Positions 27,122 through 42,119 are shown, counted from the first letter of the stretch. The stretch is DNA of 64,000 bases from Octopus sinensis (GCF_006345805.1 NC_043008.1:29884001-29948000), one strand, 5' to 3'. Notes: generated by a model from the sequence alone, not told the origin. Translations and numbers: made by a program.

Positions 27122-28996
27122 TCAGAATTTAAAGTTAGCATTTTGCCCAGCACGCTAAATATTCTGCCAACTCGTCGCCTTAAAAACTAATGAAAATATT
27201 AAATACCATTCGCACCACATCCATTCGGCTTTTAGAAAGAATACCACCTGATGCTATGTGTTAAAAAAAAACCAGTTTTCTGTTACATAGTTCATACCAT
27301 GTGAGAAAGATAGGGATATAGAAAGAGTTAATATAGAGACTTACACATGCACATGTTCTGAATGTGGAATGAGATGTTATAAGAATTTTAAGTATATCTA
27401 AAACGGATTTAGTGCGATGCTATAAAGTTTCGCTCCTTCAATACACAATCTGACATCTGCGTCATTCAGATATTCAGCACAATCTCTTGATTTATATGTA
27501 TCAAAGCCTAGACCGTAATACCTATTCATAATGTTTATCCTTGCATCTCAAAAGTATTTTGATAGGTGTCTCGAAATTGTCATTCACATAACCAATTTAA
27601 AAGTTTAGAACTATGTACTTCAACTTGCACTCAGAATTAAAAGGCTGTAGCTTGATGTATAATATAATCTTCTAATTGCATTTAGATGTTATTCCACACT
27701 AATCCTGCCAAATCTTATTTGGTTTTTAAAATAGAAATGGAAGCCAACTATTGTTGGTTTGAATATGATATAATTGCAAGAAAAAGTAATTAATGTAGTT
27801 AATGTTCTGGAAACAAACAACATGGTGGGAAATGTCGAAAGGAAAGGGAAACCCAGTTTTGTGTTTCCTTGAAACCTAGAAATACATAATATATTATGTT
27901 TGTCGAATAATTACATATATATATAACCTTCAATAAGGTTAAATTACTTCTTGAAATAAAATTCAGAAATAATGCGTGTTGTGTTGCATGTTTTGTGTTT
28001 GTTTATGGCTAGAAGGCAACACACGTTGAACATACGTATAATATATTACTATTAGGAATAATCGGATGTTCACTTGGAAGAAACTAGGGAAATACATTTG
28101 CTAATGAAAATAAGCACGATCTATTTAATACAACTATCAGGGATAATTAATTCCAAAGAATTAAACTGCAATTTCCTTTTGTATTTAACTTAAAGAGTAT
28201 CCCAGATTTATTTGCTCCAGTATCGTGTTCCAAAATTGTCTTCCTTAAATGAATAATTTGCATCGCGAAGGAGAGGTTTGGACGCATAGAATAGACGCTG
28301 AGATGATTTGCATGAATAAATGATATCCATGTAGCATCACTAAAATAAATATGAACTCATCTTTTACATCACAACCTTGTTAGACTCCCCTTATAAAAGT
28401 ATAAATCAACGCATGAGACAAATTTGAATATCCTAAAAGTGAAATATCAACAGTTCTGTACAGTTATACAGAATGGTTTCTGAATTCAGGCCATATATAA
28501 CTTTAATCAAATTAGAGCATCTAGGCGTACTTGACATGCTATGAATAATCGTGATCCCGCGTTTACATAGCACACTACCATCTAAGTAAAGAAACCTTCA
28601 CGACAATTTAGATAAAGATATACAAATCTACACATTGGTTAGCCTAGAAAATTTTAGACATACGTTTTTAAAACAATGACTGACTCGATAAAATCAACCA
28701 CAACAAAAATATAGTGGAAGCTTATAAGCTTATACTTTCTTATTCACCTCTAAATACATTGGTGTCATTAGACACGCAGAATATATACGGTGTTAAAGTG
28801 AAAGAATTTATACCGTTGATCTAGGGTGTGTAGGTCGCTAGCATGTTCACACTATCTATATAATATAATATTTTTCTTCCGTAGAGAGTTGTCATTCAGT
28901 ACGCTAAATTTGAAACATCACTCAAATAAATACAATAAACATATGAATATGTAAATTCATACTTCCCTCCTCTGTGTGTGTGCGTGCATGTGTGTA

Positions 28997-29060
<64 letters not shown>

Positions 29061-30067
29061 AGACGGAGAAATCATGCGTGCATGTGTGTACAGTGTGAAA
29101 GAGGGAAAAATTAAGGTGATAGATTTACAGATATTGATAAATATTCTTTTGTTAAATGAATGATCCCACTGGGAGTAACATTACTTAATCATTCAATGTA
29201 ACTTTTATCAACAACCCGTGGATGTTTACTGAAAGCTGTTAGCCGTGACTGCTATTGATTTTTTTCGTTTCAATCTAAGTGACAATCAATTACGCTTTCC
29301 AGCAATGAAGTAGAATATATTATACTTTTAAAAATGTCAAGCTATTTCACCGATAACAAAGAGGTCAGTTCGATTCTGCGAGTCATACGTTCGCATTCTC
29401 CATATCTGTGTAATATAGTTTGACTTTCACAATGCTGTATTCAACTCTTTAAATGTCATGCTATTTAACCTTGATATCGAACAAGCTATGCTGATATCAT
29501 GATAACACTTCTTTGCAAATATTTTTCTGTTGATTGTTTCTTTACGAAACAATACACATTGAGCCGTATTACTCCACTTCCATGCACGTCCGATGCTTTA
29601 ATGAGATTTGAACAAATAACATTAGCGACTGTGTATTTGTATAAGTTCAGTTAACTAATCAGCTGCATATTGTTTATATACTTTACTTTGTTGGTTTTGT
29701 AGGAGTTTATGACGAATTCCTAGAAATTTTGTCAAAATGAAAGTTTACATGCTTTTATTTTCTGGCACAATTTTAAAGAAATAACACTTATGAACTTTTT
29801 TCACTTGATAATTTTTTATCTGATTTTATTTGAAACATTTGAGTATGCATCGCTATCTAGGTTGAGTCAAATTCTGCTCATTGAAGAAATATAGTTTATT
29901 TTTCTCCGAGAAAGGATTAAGATTGTATTAGGTCTTATTCTCATGAAAATATGTTTATAAGCATTGTCATATACAAGGAAATTCAAGAATTAAAATCTGC
30001 GAGACCTTCTCCACCGGCAGCTAGGCCTATTCATCTATCAGCCCTGGCTCCGCTGTTCGAGAAATTG

Positions 30068-30246
30068 TCAAAGTATCTGTCGCCTTCTGAAAGGTTTATG
30101 GTTGAGGTTGCTCTCTGCTATCGGGTTGGAGAAGGTTGTACGCAAGTGCGAACTCTGTAAGTCAGCGTCGCTGATCCAGCACATCTCCGTTACCGTCATC
30201 CGTCGTAACGCCTTTTCCATGTTTTGTGCTGGGACAATGAAATGGT
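30068..30246 (-). CDS. Candidate coding exon of unknown product
   Basis: A strong minus-strand acceptor (cattctctccatttcttttaattcAG, exon start 30246) is followed by the open frame HFIVPAQNMEKALRRMTVTEMCWISDADLQSSHLRTTFSNPIAESNLNHKPFRRRQIL*. The segment is visibly GC-richer than its flanks. No family recognised. Confidence 0.25.
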
Positions 30247-30875
30247 CTGAATTAAAAGAAATGGAGAGAATGCAAGAATCTGGTATCTATCTTAATACAT
30301 GTTCACCTCAGTCGTTCGCTTAATATATTAATAGTTGGGAGCTTTCCAACTATCTCACTTTACACCTCATTCGCTTCATTTTTCTCTCATTTTCCCTTTT
30401 TCCTTTTCTCTGTCCTCCACCCTTTCTCTCTTAACACTTGATCCTCTAATCTTTTGCCAGCAGGTGTTCAGGTTCATTGCCAAATCAAATTTCATAATGA
30501 ATTAACTTTCATAAATCAGTAGATTCATCTGCCTTTTAAAGTTAGTTATCATGTATTACCACACAGAGCTTATGAGCAGAGAAGATCTGTAACCACGCTA
30601 GAGAGAGAGAGAGTGAATATTTCAATGCATTTGTCCATAACTATTTTATAGCTCACAGATTTCAAAAAGGTCCTCGGGTCTCCAGAGAAGCTGCCTTCCA
30701 CAATTGCATATACATTTTATTTATTCTTCCAAACATCTAAATCAGTAATATTATGTTGGCGTCATCAAACTTTTTATAGACTTCAAGATATGTAATAATT
30801 ATTTTGTCGAAGGTTGAAAAGCAAATTTACTGTAAATAACAGCTTGTAAATATTGGTCTCAAATTTTGGAGAATG

Positions 30876-31020
30876 GGGAAAATCGATTACATCGATCCCA
30901 GGGCTCGATTGGTACTTTTTTGTATCGATCTCTAAAAGAGGAAAGGGAAAGTCAACCTCTACGGAATTGAAACTCAGAAAACGTAAAGACAGACGAAATG
31001 GCGTTACACACTTTCAACCC
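30876..31020 (-). mobile_element. tRNA-derived SINE fragment (same family as 50898)
   Basis: aaagtcaacctctacggaattgaaactcagaa..cgtaaagacagacgaaat is the reverse complement of the 50898 body. Confidence 0.7.
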
Positions 31021-32399
31021 ACCATGCAAATATTGGGGTGAAAAGAAATCGTTTTGTGTCGAAAAATACGAAGAGCGTACGTAGGCCTCGGGTTGACATA
31101 TTTTGAAAGCAGAACAGGTCTTCTACCAATTGACTAAAGCAGTCCTCCCAATTAATCCAGCGAGAATTGTATACTATTAAAGTTATAAAATTTTTTTTTT
31201 ATAAGCTTCAGAGCAAACATGAAGTAATTCTTTTGTGGAACATTGATTGTTGTAGGAGATAAGTTGTGAATAATAGCGCCTAAATATTAAGAAACACACT
31301 TTGGATGGAATAATTCCAATGCTGTCCTCGGGACTTGAACCCACGGAAGTGTTTGTGGTAATATTTGTTTATGCGGATACATGTATGCATATAAGCAGGA
31401 GCATATGTTTATTTAAGATTTTCAAAGGATATTTGCAGAATTCAATCGTGTCAGTCAATACGAAAGTTACAATATTTTCTATTTATTCCAGATGGTTCGA
31501 TGTATTTGTGAATGTGTGTCTATTTACATCTGTTTTGTAGTTATTAACTGCATATATATAGTTGTGTGATAATATACTTGCATTCATAGAATAGGTGCAC
31601 ATGTCTCTTAACTGCATGAATGTGAGTGTCCACGTGAGTGTGATAACATTTGTTTTATCTCTATATACCGTTTACACCTCTGATTGCATGTATATGTTCT
31701 AGACAGGAAACACAAATACTGAATCTTGCTAAGACTAAAATCAATTGGATTTGTTGTATCGGATTTGTTTCTTTTGTCTTGTAAAATCTTAGAACTGAAC
31801 GTTTTTTTTTTCTGTTTCTTTCCTTTTTTATGTAATTCTGTTTATACATAAGCCAGTGCCCTATGAGATGAAACAAATGAGATTCTATACCCAGGAGGCA
31901 AGATCTGAATGTTCTGCCATATTCCGCACCATGTTTCCTAATTTAGGAAAAAGAAAAATTAATAATCATATGCTGGGCAGTTTATCTGTACAATACAAAA
32001 TATCATTTATTCACTCGCCAGTTATATGATATTTAGTCTGATATAGTTATGCGTGGGAAACTATGCATTACACAAAGGCTATTGAGATGAGTATCAAAAC
32101 TGTGTCTCCATCCGCCTCTATAATATACAATTTTTGGTTTATCGCTACTGATAGGAACATTACCAGGTCTGATGAATAATTCTTAGGGCACGTGCGAAAG
32201 TTACAGTCCCTCATTAGGTAATAGGCCCACGAGACCTATAACTTCATGAGGATCTGTAAAAATGCTTTTAAGTGCTAGCTTTGGTACTGCATACTGGACG
32301 CAGACTACACCAATGCCCATGTTTTCATAATACGTCTAATGTAATCATATGATAATATAGCTTTACACACAGAAACCAGTATATGCATCATTCTCATGT

Positions 32400-34790
32400 A
32401 ATATGATGCTGGACGTAAGGGCCATTCGAATTATTTAGCGCTTGGTTCTTCTGGACATCCAGGATAAGAGCTCGAGGAGGTATCCTAGCTGTCTCTAATA
32501 ACTTTTCTGCAACTGCACTAAATTTTATTTTCTCTATTCGTCTGTTCAGATATTTAGGGATAGTTCCCAATGCACCTCAGCACCATCCATAGTCTCTGTA
32601 ATTCAGTAACTAGATCCTGGTATTTTGCTATTTTTCTATACTTTTCATATTAATGTTTGCATCATTTAGGACTGTAATGTCAATTATCGGGCACTTTCTA
32701 ATTCTCTATATCTACTACTATAAAATCAGGCCTCCTAGCTCTGTCAGTCTGAATGTTCAAGTCCCACAACAACTTGTACTTCTTACTTTCTAGTGATTTA
32801 ATAGGTTCATGTTCATACCATTTATCAGTATATTTCAATTTTAGCTTTCTAGAAAGTGCTATCCTTAGATTGCCATGTCTTTTTTCGTATTCTTTCTGTT
32901 TCAGCATGCTACATTCAATTGCTATATGAGTAACGCTTTCCTATTTTGATTTGCATAATCTATATTAGGAATCTACTTCGTTTTTGTCTAGTTTGGCTTT
33001 TATCCAATTAGTCCTCAATGCTTGATCTTATACAACTACTAACAAATGTTCTACCCCCCTCTTCAGTTTTCCCTTCTACAACTATAACCTTGCCTCACTA
33101 CAACTATTTCTAGGAATCTACCATGCAACGCCTTCCCCTGTCAGGCATTTTCAGTTCTTTTTCTGGTTTTTAAGTTCATTGAAGAATCTAACACGCTTTT
33201 GATACCATGCTATTCGGGCAGCTACTGCGCATATCTTTTCTTTGATAGTGTCTATGGTAGTATCGATGTCAAGTATGGTTTTCATATTATATTTCTTCTT
33301 TTATTATCGGGTTTTGTTGGTTAGATAGTCTTGTTAAACTTAAGGTTTTTTTTAACATTCTATGTGAGACGTAAATAGCTGAATACGCTCTTGCCAAGAA
33401 AGCTTTTTATGGGAATGTTGTCGTTTTCTAATCTGTTCACAATATTGAATCTTTGAGATTTTCACCAATGCATAGTACAGGTGGTTTAGATCTGTAATAT
33501 CAACATCATTAGCTGAAATGATATCCTTAAGTTCTAGACAGATTTTTCCTATTACTTTCAGTTTTGGTTAGAGTTGTGATTTTTTTTTGGAGATTGTTAC
33601 GTTCATTCATACTAGTTTCTATAATTTTCTTTAATTTTTAGATCATCTACTTCAGCTGGATCGATTTTCGTGTGACTTTCTTCATCTATTTGATTTCCAT
33701 CTGCCTTGGTGCTTATGGTTATTTCAGAGAGTATTTCACTGGGTTTAACAGTTACATTGACTCTATCATTGCTGCATTTTCAACAGACCTGGATTGGTCT
33801 AAAATTATTTCCTCTCTAGTATCTTCTTTAGCTGCAACTTCGTTCTCTTTATCCCTTACAGATTGTTTAATTTGGTCATTCTCTAATCCAGTTACTAATT
33901 TCTACGTATGATCTTACTTCAAGGTGCTTGTGTCTCAATTGTAGGTAGGTTAGGTCAGTACTTGATTTATTTGTGGGGAAATACATGGTATGCTAGAATG
34001 CCTTAATAGCTTCTTCATTATCTCCCCTAGACCATATTTCATTCTTTTTCTTTTGGTTATTTGATCACGAGCGTGGATGACCTTCTGTTGGAATATTCCG
34101 GTTATGGGGTACATTCAGCTCCTCTGTTTCGGTAGGATTTGAACCAGTAGCTGATTTTTCGTGCCCAGTCTGGTTCCTGACTGGGTTACGCAGCCCTTGC
34201 TCAACTGGGTGAAGGCAGATCCGGCTTGTATTTTCCTTCGTTATCATTGAGTCATGACGAGATTAGACGTTGACATTAGGGGACGGATCTGTCTGTTTAT
34301 GGTTAACTTTTTAAGACAACACCGCCTCCGAGTTCTCTGAATAAGGACATTGCTCGTAACATAGGATCTTATGGCTAACAGATCTTTATTCATCTGTATT
34401 TTTCCTGTTGATAGATTTGTCTCCGGGCATAGTTTTTCTGGTGTTTTTATACTTATGTATTGTTCACTCTGTGTTGAAAATTTGTTTTAATGTATATTTT
34501 TTATTCGTTTGTGAAACGTGCTTTCATATACGTGTATGTGATGTGTATCCTGTATATTTCACCTATTTGCGTAAACATGTGGATGTATGTGTAGTCCTAT
34601 GTGTATTAAAATGTATATATGATCGTGTAGATATTAGAGTGTACGCGTAATTAATCAATTTACGTACTTACTGTTTTGTTCCACTTATATTTTATAACTT
34701 GTAAACATTCCGATTTTGATTTCGCATGTCTTTCGCAAGTTTCACTGAGATATCGTGCATGGGAGAAACTGTGCATTGTCTTATTATTAT
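32400..34790 (-). mobile_element. R4/Dong-clade RLE retrotransposon derivative lacking the RT domain
   Basis: It contains the N-terminal WSRGDNEEAIKAF, the pre-RT KEKICAVAARIAWYQKRVRFF, the post-RT GKALHGRF and QALRTNWIKAKLD, a CCHC-like RLCK..ESVTHIAIEC, and the RLE endonuclease LWDLNIQTD.ARRPDFIVVD, IDITV, KYQDL, GALGTIP. The 5' end abuts (TAA)n at 34791. Confidence 0.85.
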
Positions 34791-34828
34791 TATTATTATT
34801 AGTAGTAGTAGTAGCAGTAGTAGTAGTA

Positions 34829-34873
<45 letters not shown>

Positions 34874-34874
34874 A

Positions 34875-34947
<73 letters not shown>
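34791..34947. repeat. (TTA)n then (AGT)n microsatellite
   Basis: Directly visible. Confidence 0.95.
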
Positions 34948-34948
<1 letters not shown>

Positions 34949-37018
34949 AAAGTTAACTAATGTTTTGTTCACGGAATTGTAATATTTGTTCCGTCTTTTA
35001 TCTAGTCCATACCACCAAATGCAACTTTGTTCACCATCAATCCCGAATAGATTAAAAGATGGATCGGTAAAGCATTGGTGTAGATGGATCGACTAACACG
35101 CTCCCACAAACGTGCTGGATGATGAATATTTCTTCATATGTATAATCAAGTTATTTAGCTATAGTTTGGTTTCTAGTTCTTCAAAATGCTATGAAATGAT
35201 ATGTAATTATCTTCTCTTCGTCCATTCTTCTCCAGTACTTATATAATTTCATCTGCTCTTCTCCATTTACTTATTTCTACATGACTTCCCAAATTCAATT
35301 TTTAGCAAGTGCATCTATAGTGTCTCCAATTATATTCAACTTTGCATTTTTATTTTCATTTACCACAGCATTTTTCACTCTGTTGTTATCTCTTTTTTTG
35401 ACATTGTAATTCCTATTTTGTCTTTAGTAATGCCATATCGTTGCCTTACTAATATACTTGTCACCTTATACTTCCTGCCTTTTTTCTCGTCTGTTGTATA
35501 TCATTTCCTTCCTCTCCGTGAACATTCCTTCTTTGCATACACTTTTTCTGATCGCTCTGTTCTTCTGTGGACTTTTTGTCTTGTTAATCGCAATGTTTTC
35601 AATTTTTCTTCAATTTTGTTTTACTTTTCTTCACATCATTTTTTTCTTTCCATTTTCGCTTCGTCGGCTGATTTTGTCTTTTGCATTTCATTTGGCTTTA
35701 CTTCGATATTACTTCTTACTTTGTTCTTTTTTTGTTTTTTAGCATTTTGTTCATTGATTGCCTTGTATTTCTTTAAACTTCTCATTTATTTTTCGTCGTT
35801 AAGTGTATTAGATACCTTGCATTAATTACATTATCATTCAAATCACTACCACCATCACTCAAACCACTTTCCACTAACAACATCACTCCCAGTACCAGCT
35901 TCACGCCCATTACAATGGCGTCGACTGTGAAAATGAAGCTGATGATAATGTTGATGATAAGAACAGTTGTTCTTGATGGTTTTAGTGTTATGGATAATGA
36001 TGATGATTATGATCATAATCATGATCATGTTTATGATGATGATGAGATAGAGGTGGAGGTGGATGTTGATGATGACATTTGTCGTGGTGGTTCTATTTTA
36101 TATAATTATGATGTTGGTCATCATCGTAGTGGTTGTCATCTTCCGCTTCTTCCTCCTCCACATCATCATCATCATCATTACTGACTTTTTGTTTTCATGT
36201 TTCGCTTTGCTTATTTCCCTCCATCTTAAATTACGTATCTATCCAATTGTCTATCTCCTTAGTATAAGAAAATATACAAGTAGAAACTTACTTGAGACAA
36301 TCAAGCGTATACTGAAGAGAATTACAATAATTTACTCAGACAAGGACGGAATATTCATGAACATGTTCTGTATCGACGTAAACTAGTTCAGCAGCAATGA
36401 CTTTGGTCACGAAAGCATAATCTAAGAATGTTACCATTACTATCACAAAAGCCTGATCAAATCCAGCTTGGTACACGCCAAAAGTGACATATTTAACGAT
36501 ATGTAATTTTCACAATGTATTCCTCTTAACCCAGTCGATATTTGAGAATGTCGAAACTTCAGCTACGAATCTAAGAAGTATAAATGCAATGGACTTCTAA
36601 ATATTCGTTTGAAACATATATTTAGAAGAAATTTGAAGTTACACTTCTTAATTTCACGCATATAAGAGCACTATAATATCACCTTTCATTATAATCATCT
36701 TAATTATCATTCGCAGGCTTCTGTCACCGTTATCCTAATCGTCCACAACATTTTCAACAACAACAGTAGCAACATCACTACCACGGCAAATGCAAACATC
36801 ATTATGATCATCATCTTCATCATCTTCATCACCACTATCATGCTTATCAACGTTGCTATCATCAGAACTATCAATAACAACAACAGCAAAAACGTCAACA
36901 CTATCGTCATCATCACCATCGGCATCATATTCATAAACATCATGATCATGATCATCAACACACTCATCACCAATTATAACAACACTATCATCGTTGTCAT
37001 CACCACCACCACCACCAT

Positions 37019-37062
<44 letters not shown>

Positions 37063-37153
37063 CTATCATCACAAGTGTAAACTGCACCTGTTTTTTTATC
37101 AATTTAGTTTCTCTGAGCATGTGGGTATTATTATTTATATTATTCATTGTGTA

Positions 37154-37225
<72 letters not shown>

Positions 37226-40200
37226 CCAACAAATAAAACTGGCGTGTCACAGTAACTACACATATATTATATATTAGATATGCAGGAATACTTTGTCCAA
37301 GCATTCTTACTTTTTGTTATGTCCTGATTAATTACTATTGGTACCATTATTAACTTCCTATATAGTTAAGTGGTGGAATCTTCAGAAGTATAAATCAGAC
37401 TTGCCAGCTATCTGCACGTGTTTTAAAATAGTGTTCATTACCAGTTAATTGTATTTTTGCATCTCCCAATTCTTAATACTCCTTCAGGTTACTCCTGTTG
37501 CTACGCATATTTTCAGTCGGCGGTAATGCTGAACAGATTACCATTACGTGGCAGGGTCCTGCCTCAATTTATACATGAATACGCAGTCTCAACTCTTAGC
37601 AGACATAAGTATTTCATGCAGCTATAATATATTGCCCAGCCATGAGAACTGTTGTGTTTTTATGACGAGAATGAGTAAGTCAGTAAAACACCTTCTACAT
37701 AGGAAATTTCAGGAAAGAAAGTCAAAGGATAGAATACGCGTGTAGGATTCGAAGCTGATATTCACGTTCCCCATCTCATCACAATATTTACATAAGTAAA
37801 GGACAATATACTAAGAGAAAATACTTAAATCAGCTTGTAGAATTTAAATAATTAAGGCAAATCGGCCATACTGCTCATTTTTGGGATTTTCGTACAGTGC
37901 AATTTACTACGTAAAGGAACTCATCAAGGCATTCCTATCTCAATAGTTTCCTCTGTCACATCTGTCAAGATGTATATATAAATGAGAGTAACTTTCGCAT
38001 GATGGAAAACAAGTTTACAGTAGCTAGATCTTTACTTAAAAGAATAATAATGACCAAAGAAAACCCTATCCGATATGCGTGAATGTTTGTTTTTCAAAAA
38101 TTACTGACAAGCAAAAGTTATATCTATTTTTTAAGGTTATGCTGCAGCATAACCTTAATATATTCCACAAAAACAACATAAATTTATAGAGCTTAATTTT
38201 AGAATGCTATGAAGAATTAACTGCTCTCTTAACATTAGAAAAGAAACCATTTTCAAAAAAAAACGCTCCGTAATACCGTATATACTCATATACTAATAGC
38301 TAAACAATGTTTATTTTAAGACAGCTATGTCGATATTTCTCGAGATTTAACCAATGATTATTGTTGGTGATGGTATTTTAAGACTTATGTTTTGTGAAAA
38401 ATCATTGAAACACTTTGGCATCAAGTGTACAATTACGATGCGTTTCTCTCATCAAGTAGATAATTAATTTGCTAATATCTGCGTCTACATTTACATTTAT
38501 ATTCCTGCAAATTCAACGAGAATATCTTACAAAGGAGAATATTTTCATATAAATAGCTGCATTAGCTCAAGAGCTGGAAATAATATTCTTAAATATCTTT
38601 CTTCAACACGATGAAATAACTTCCAACAATTCAACTACGCACATTATATGCACACTTTCATAATAGTTCCCCCTTGTCTACAGTTTCTCAAGAATATGCA
38701 TCATACTCTGTAATGAAGGGTAAAAGTTCTTCCGACATTATGTTCCATGCGTTGCAGAGGTGTAAGAACTAGTTACTCGTAAAATAAACTGTCTTTCGAG
38801 ACAATTAGAAAATGAGCATTAAACCATCAACAATTGAAAGAATGCATACGATGTTACCCTTTTTATGATATATGTATGTATTTGTATTTGTTTATGTTTT
38901 ATTTGTATATGTTTGTTTCTGTACCATGTTAAAGGAATAGTTAAGAAACTGTAGATGGTTGTTAACTTTGTGAAATTTTTTAAAATTATGCGGCATTGTA
39001 TTCGATTAATATAGATTTGATATTCCTTTTTTTCTATTTGTAGGTGAGTATCGCGATTCGCAGTAGCTGAAGTGATAAATACCAGTTACATAATAATTAT
39101 ATGCAAGTAATGTATATATGTATGTATAGTGTTCGGATTTTGGGTAAGTTGGAGATTATTTACTTAAAATGGTCGCAATGTTTAACAATCTGCTTCATTC
39201 CTCTCTCGAAAGTCTATTGCCCCGTATAGTCTTCACTGTTTAATACGATAAGGTATTTTTTGGTGGCTAACATTCGTTACTAATTCATTTGGAATATTAT
39301 ATTCGGTTTATTTTTTAATTTTCATTGTTAAATATGTGTTTTAATAATGTGCTGCAGCATATACACATTACCGCCCTTATTTGTATGATATAGATTTCTT
39401 TTCTTAAAATTCCTCTAAACTAAGAACTTTCATCAAATTTTCATGGAAATTTATGTTCCGATCATGAACTTAATTATGTCAATATTAGTTTACTAAATTC
39501 TTAATAATTTAAAGATTTATTAAGAGAAGCCGCAACTTTCTTGAATGACAATAAGACAAAATTGTTAATAATTGTTAAAAAAAGTAAATTTAATTCTGAC
39601 TAATGTATTTCATTATATGTATACAATCGTGTAAAAGCAAACAGTACCCGATAATTTCAATGCGGTCAAATAGTTTCTTCGATCTCGTTCTCAGTTTTTG
39701 TTGAGAAACCAATGGTAAACGCGAAGGGATTCAGAAATAGCACACCAGTGGGGGTAAGAATCCAGCAAAATGTGTTCATATTCAGTACAGTTCCTAGTCG
39801 TTCATAATAATGGAATGTTACACCAAAAGAATTTGACAGACGTATTGTTTTTGCTTCGTATTTGTACGTAGGTTATAATTTTAGTTAAAAAGATTCTACA
39901 CAATATGAGTTGACTTACAAAGGAAATGCATAGACGTGCTGTCCATGTGTTGCTTGAGACTGTATAGCTAAAGGAAGATTTGTATCTATTGCTTTATACG
40001 TAGAGACAGATAGTAATTTGCAATTTATTGTATGAAGATTGTTGAACATACAACTTGAATTAAAATTAGGGCAATCACAAAATATCTGTTTAAAAGCAAT
40101 ATTGATGCTGGTTACAGTTATGATAAAAAAATATTCCAGCTTAGCGGAGAAGAGACATGTGTAAAACGTGGTAGCTACTTCAGTTGGATGCGGTCGAATG

Positions 40201-42082
40201 CTTTTGCTATTCGATACCGATTTTCTCTTGAGGAAAACTTTAAACACTTTGAACGGTATTATTCCAATATAAATTATGAGAAAATAAGAAATGGAAATAT
40301 TACTGGGGGAAAATGCCAGAAATGATGAGTTAAAATCAAACAAACATGTACTTTTAGTACATATGAAAAGTTGAGGTAGAAACACGGTTTGCGCTTTCAA
40401 GGTATGTAACTGATATAGATTAAATGTAGAATAAACAGTATTGTGTTAGTTTATTTAATTACACAGACATGTTAATTAAACTACGTATTATTGAATTATA
40501 ATTACTGATAAATACATTATTCTAATCACCTAATTTTCTTTGTAAAAGGATGACGTGGTGGCTTTTTGAGGGCTTCCGTGACTGGTAGGATGATAGGGTA
40601 AACATTCTGGAATTAAACACATGCTTTTAACGCTTGCCAAAGTATGATTTCCAGTATCTGCATCAAATTACGGGTTAATTTTATCGCACAAAACATTATA
40701 CGTAGTCTTAAAACGTAATTTGCAAGTTATTGTATGAACATAGCTTGAATTACAAATAAGATATTCACAGTATATCTGTTTAAAAGACAAGAGCTAAAAT
40801 CTGACATCCTAGCCTATACACTATTGAATAAACTACACATAACAACCAAGTTAATAATATCATCCATCGTATAAGCATGCTGATCAGTCCTTAGTTATTC
40901 AGACATGAAAAAAAAATTCTCTTAATATCTACTGCGGCATCAATTTATTCAAAATGATTTCACTTCCGTTATTCTTTGAAACATACAAGACTCAAGGATA
41001 ACAATTGCATTAGCAAATTTGTAAATACAAACGACTTGATGAAATTATGATGAATCTGTAAAAATAGCATCAGTTCCAATATAGGACGGTTCAGATATTC
41101 AGAACGCATATAGATTTATAGACTCTATTTAAATTAACTTCCAATGTCTGCAAGGAAAAGTGAACATTTTCCAGCTGCCTAATATATATGTAAGCGAAAT
41201 TTTCTAAAGAAAGTGCGTAAAATTCAATCGAACTTATTAAACAAAAGCGCGCACAAGAATATTATATCAGGAGCTGTGTGCGAAAGTTTCATCGGAAATT
41301 GTTTGGATGAGTGATCTGGTTGAGAGAAAATAGATTATAGGAGACGCTAACAACTTAGAAAACATCGAAATCAAACAATTTATTTAGTTAGGGAAATCAA
41401 TTGACCTGATTGCTAACTTTCACTTACAAGAGTTTAAAACAAGTAATTACAAGATATATTAGGTTTATAACATTTAATTTTCAACCCTGAATTCAAACTC
41501 TAGTTGAGTCTATGTTAACTCCTATACATGTGGGGTTCTTTTTCGTCCCAGTAACTTGATACATGATATTTCCTAGAATTATTAAGTAGTGACTATAATC
41601 AGGGAGGAATCTGGTTAAAAGAATTGTTATAATTCAATGAAAAATATCGACGTTATTTAAGAGTCAGATAATCATACGCTAGAGACGATTTCCTTCAGAG
41701 AAACCGTAAAGTATAATTATGCTAATATACTTAATATGAATATATACTTAGAATACAATCTAGATAACTATGTATGTAAATTTTCCTGTTGATGCTCGAT
41801 TATTTTATTAGTAATTATATTGATGACGCAGACTACTACTGAGATGGTTAAGGCGTCAGATAGACAGGTTTGCGACAATAATTTCGGCTTCTAATCACAC
41901 CGCAGTCAACAATAAGTTACAGCATTTAATTCTCGGTTATGAAATACTCATTTCAAGACCGGAGACAATTCACTTTTATATCGTTTCTTCTTACTTCGTC
42001 TTTCTACATACTTATCTCATGTGCATATCTTTCTACTCTCTCTCCCTAACACCAACCCTCCCTCTAAATCTCTCTCACTCTC

Positions 42083-42119
<37 letters not shown>

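Noticed and set aside
32165-32215. CTGATGA...GAAA...GTC hammerhead-like spacing
   Set aside because: Stems II and III do not pair.
34990-35830. Lys/Glu-rich minus-strand stretch, possibly a LINE remnant
   Set aside because: Too decayed to assign any motif with confidence.
35915-37277. Met/Ile/His/Asp-rich ORFs that look like membrane or His-rich proteins
   Set aside because: They come from degenerate (ATC/GAT)n trinucleotide tracts open in several frames, with no splice or domain support.
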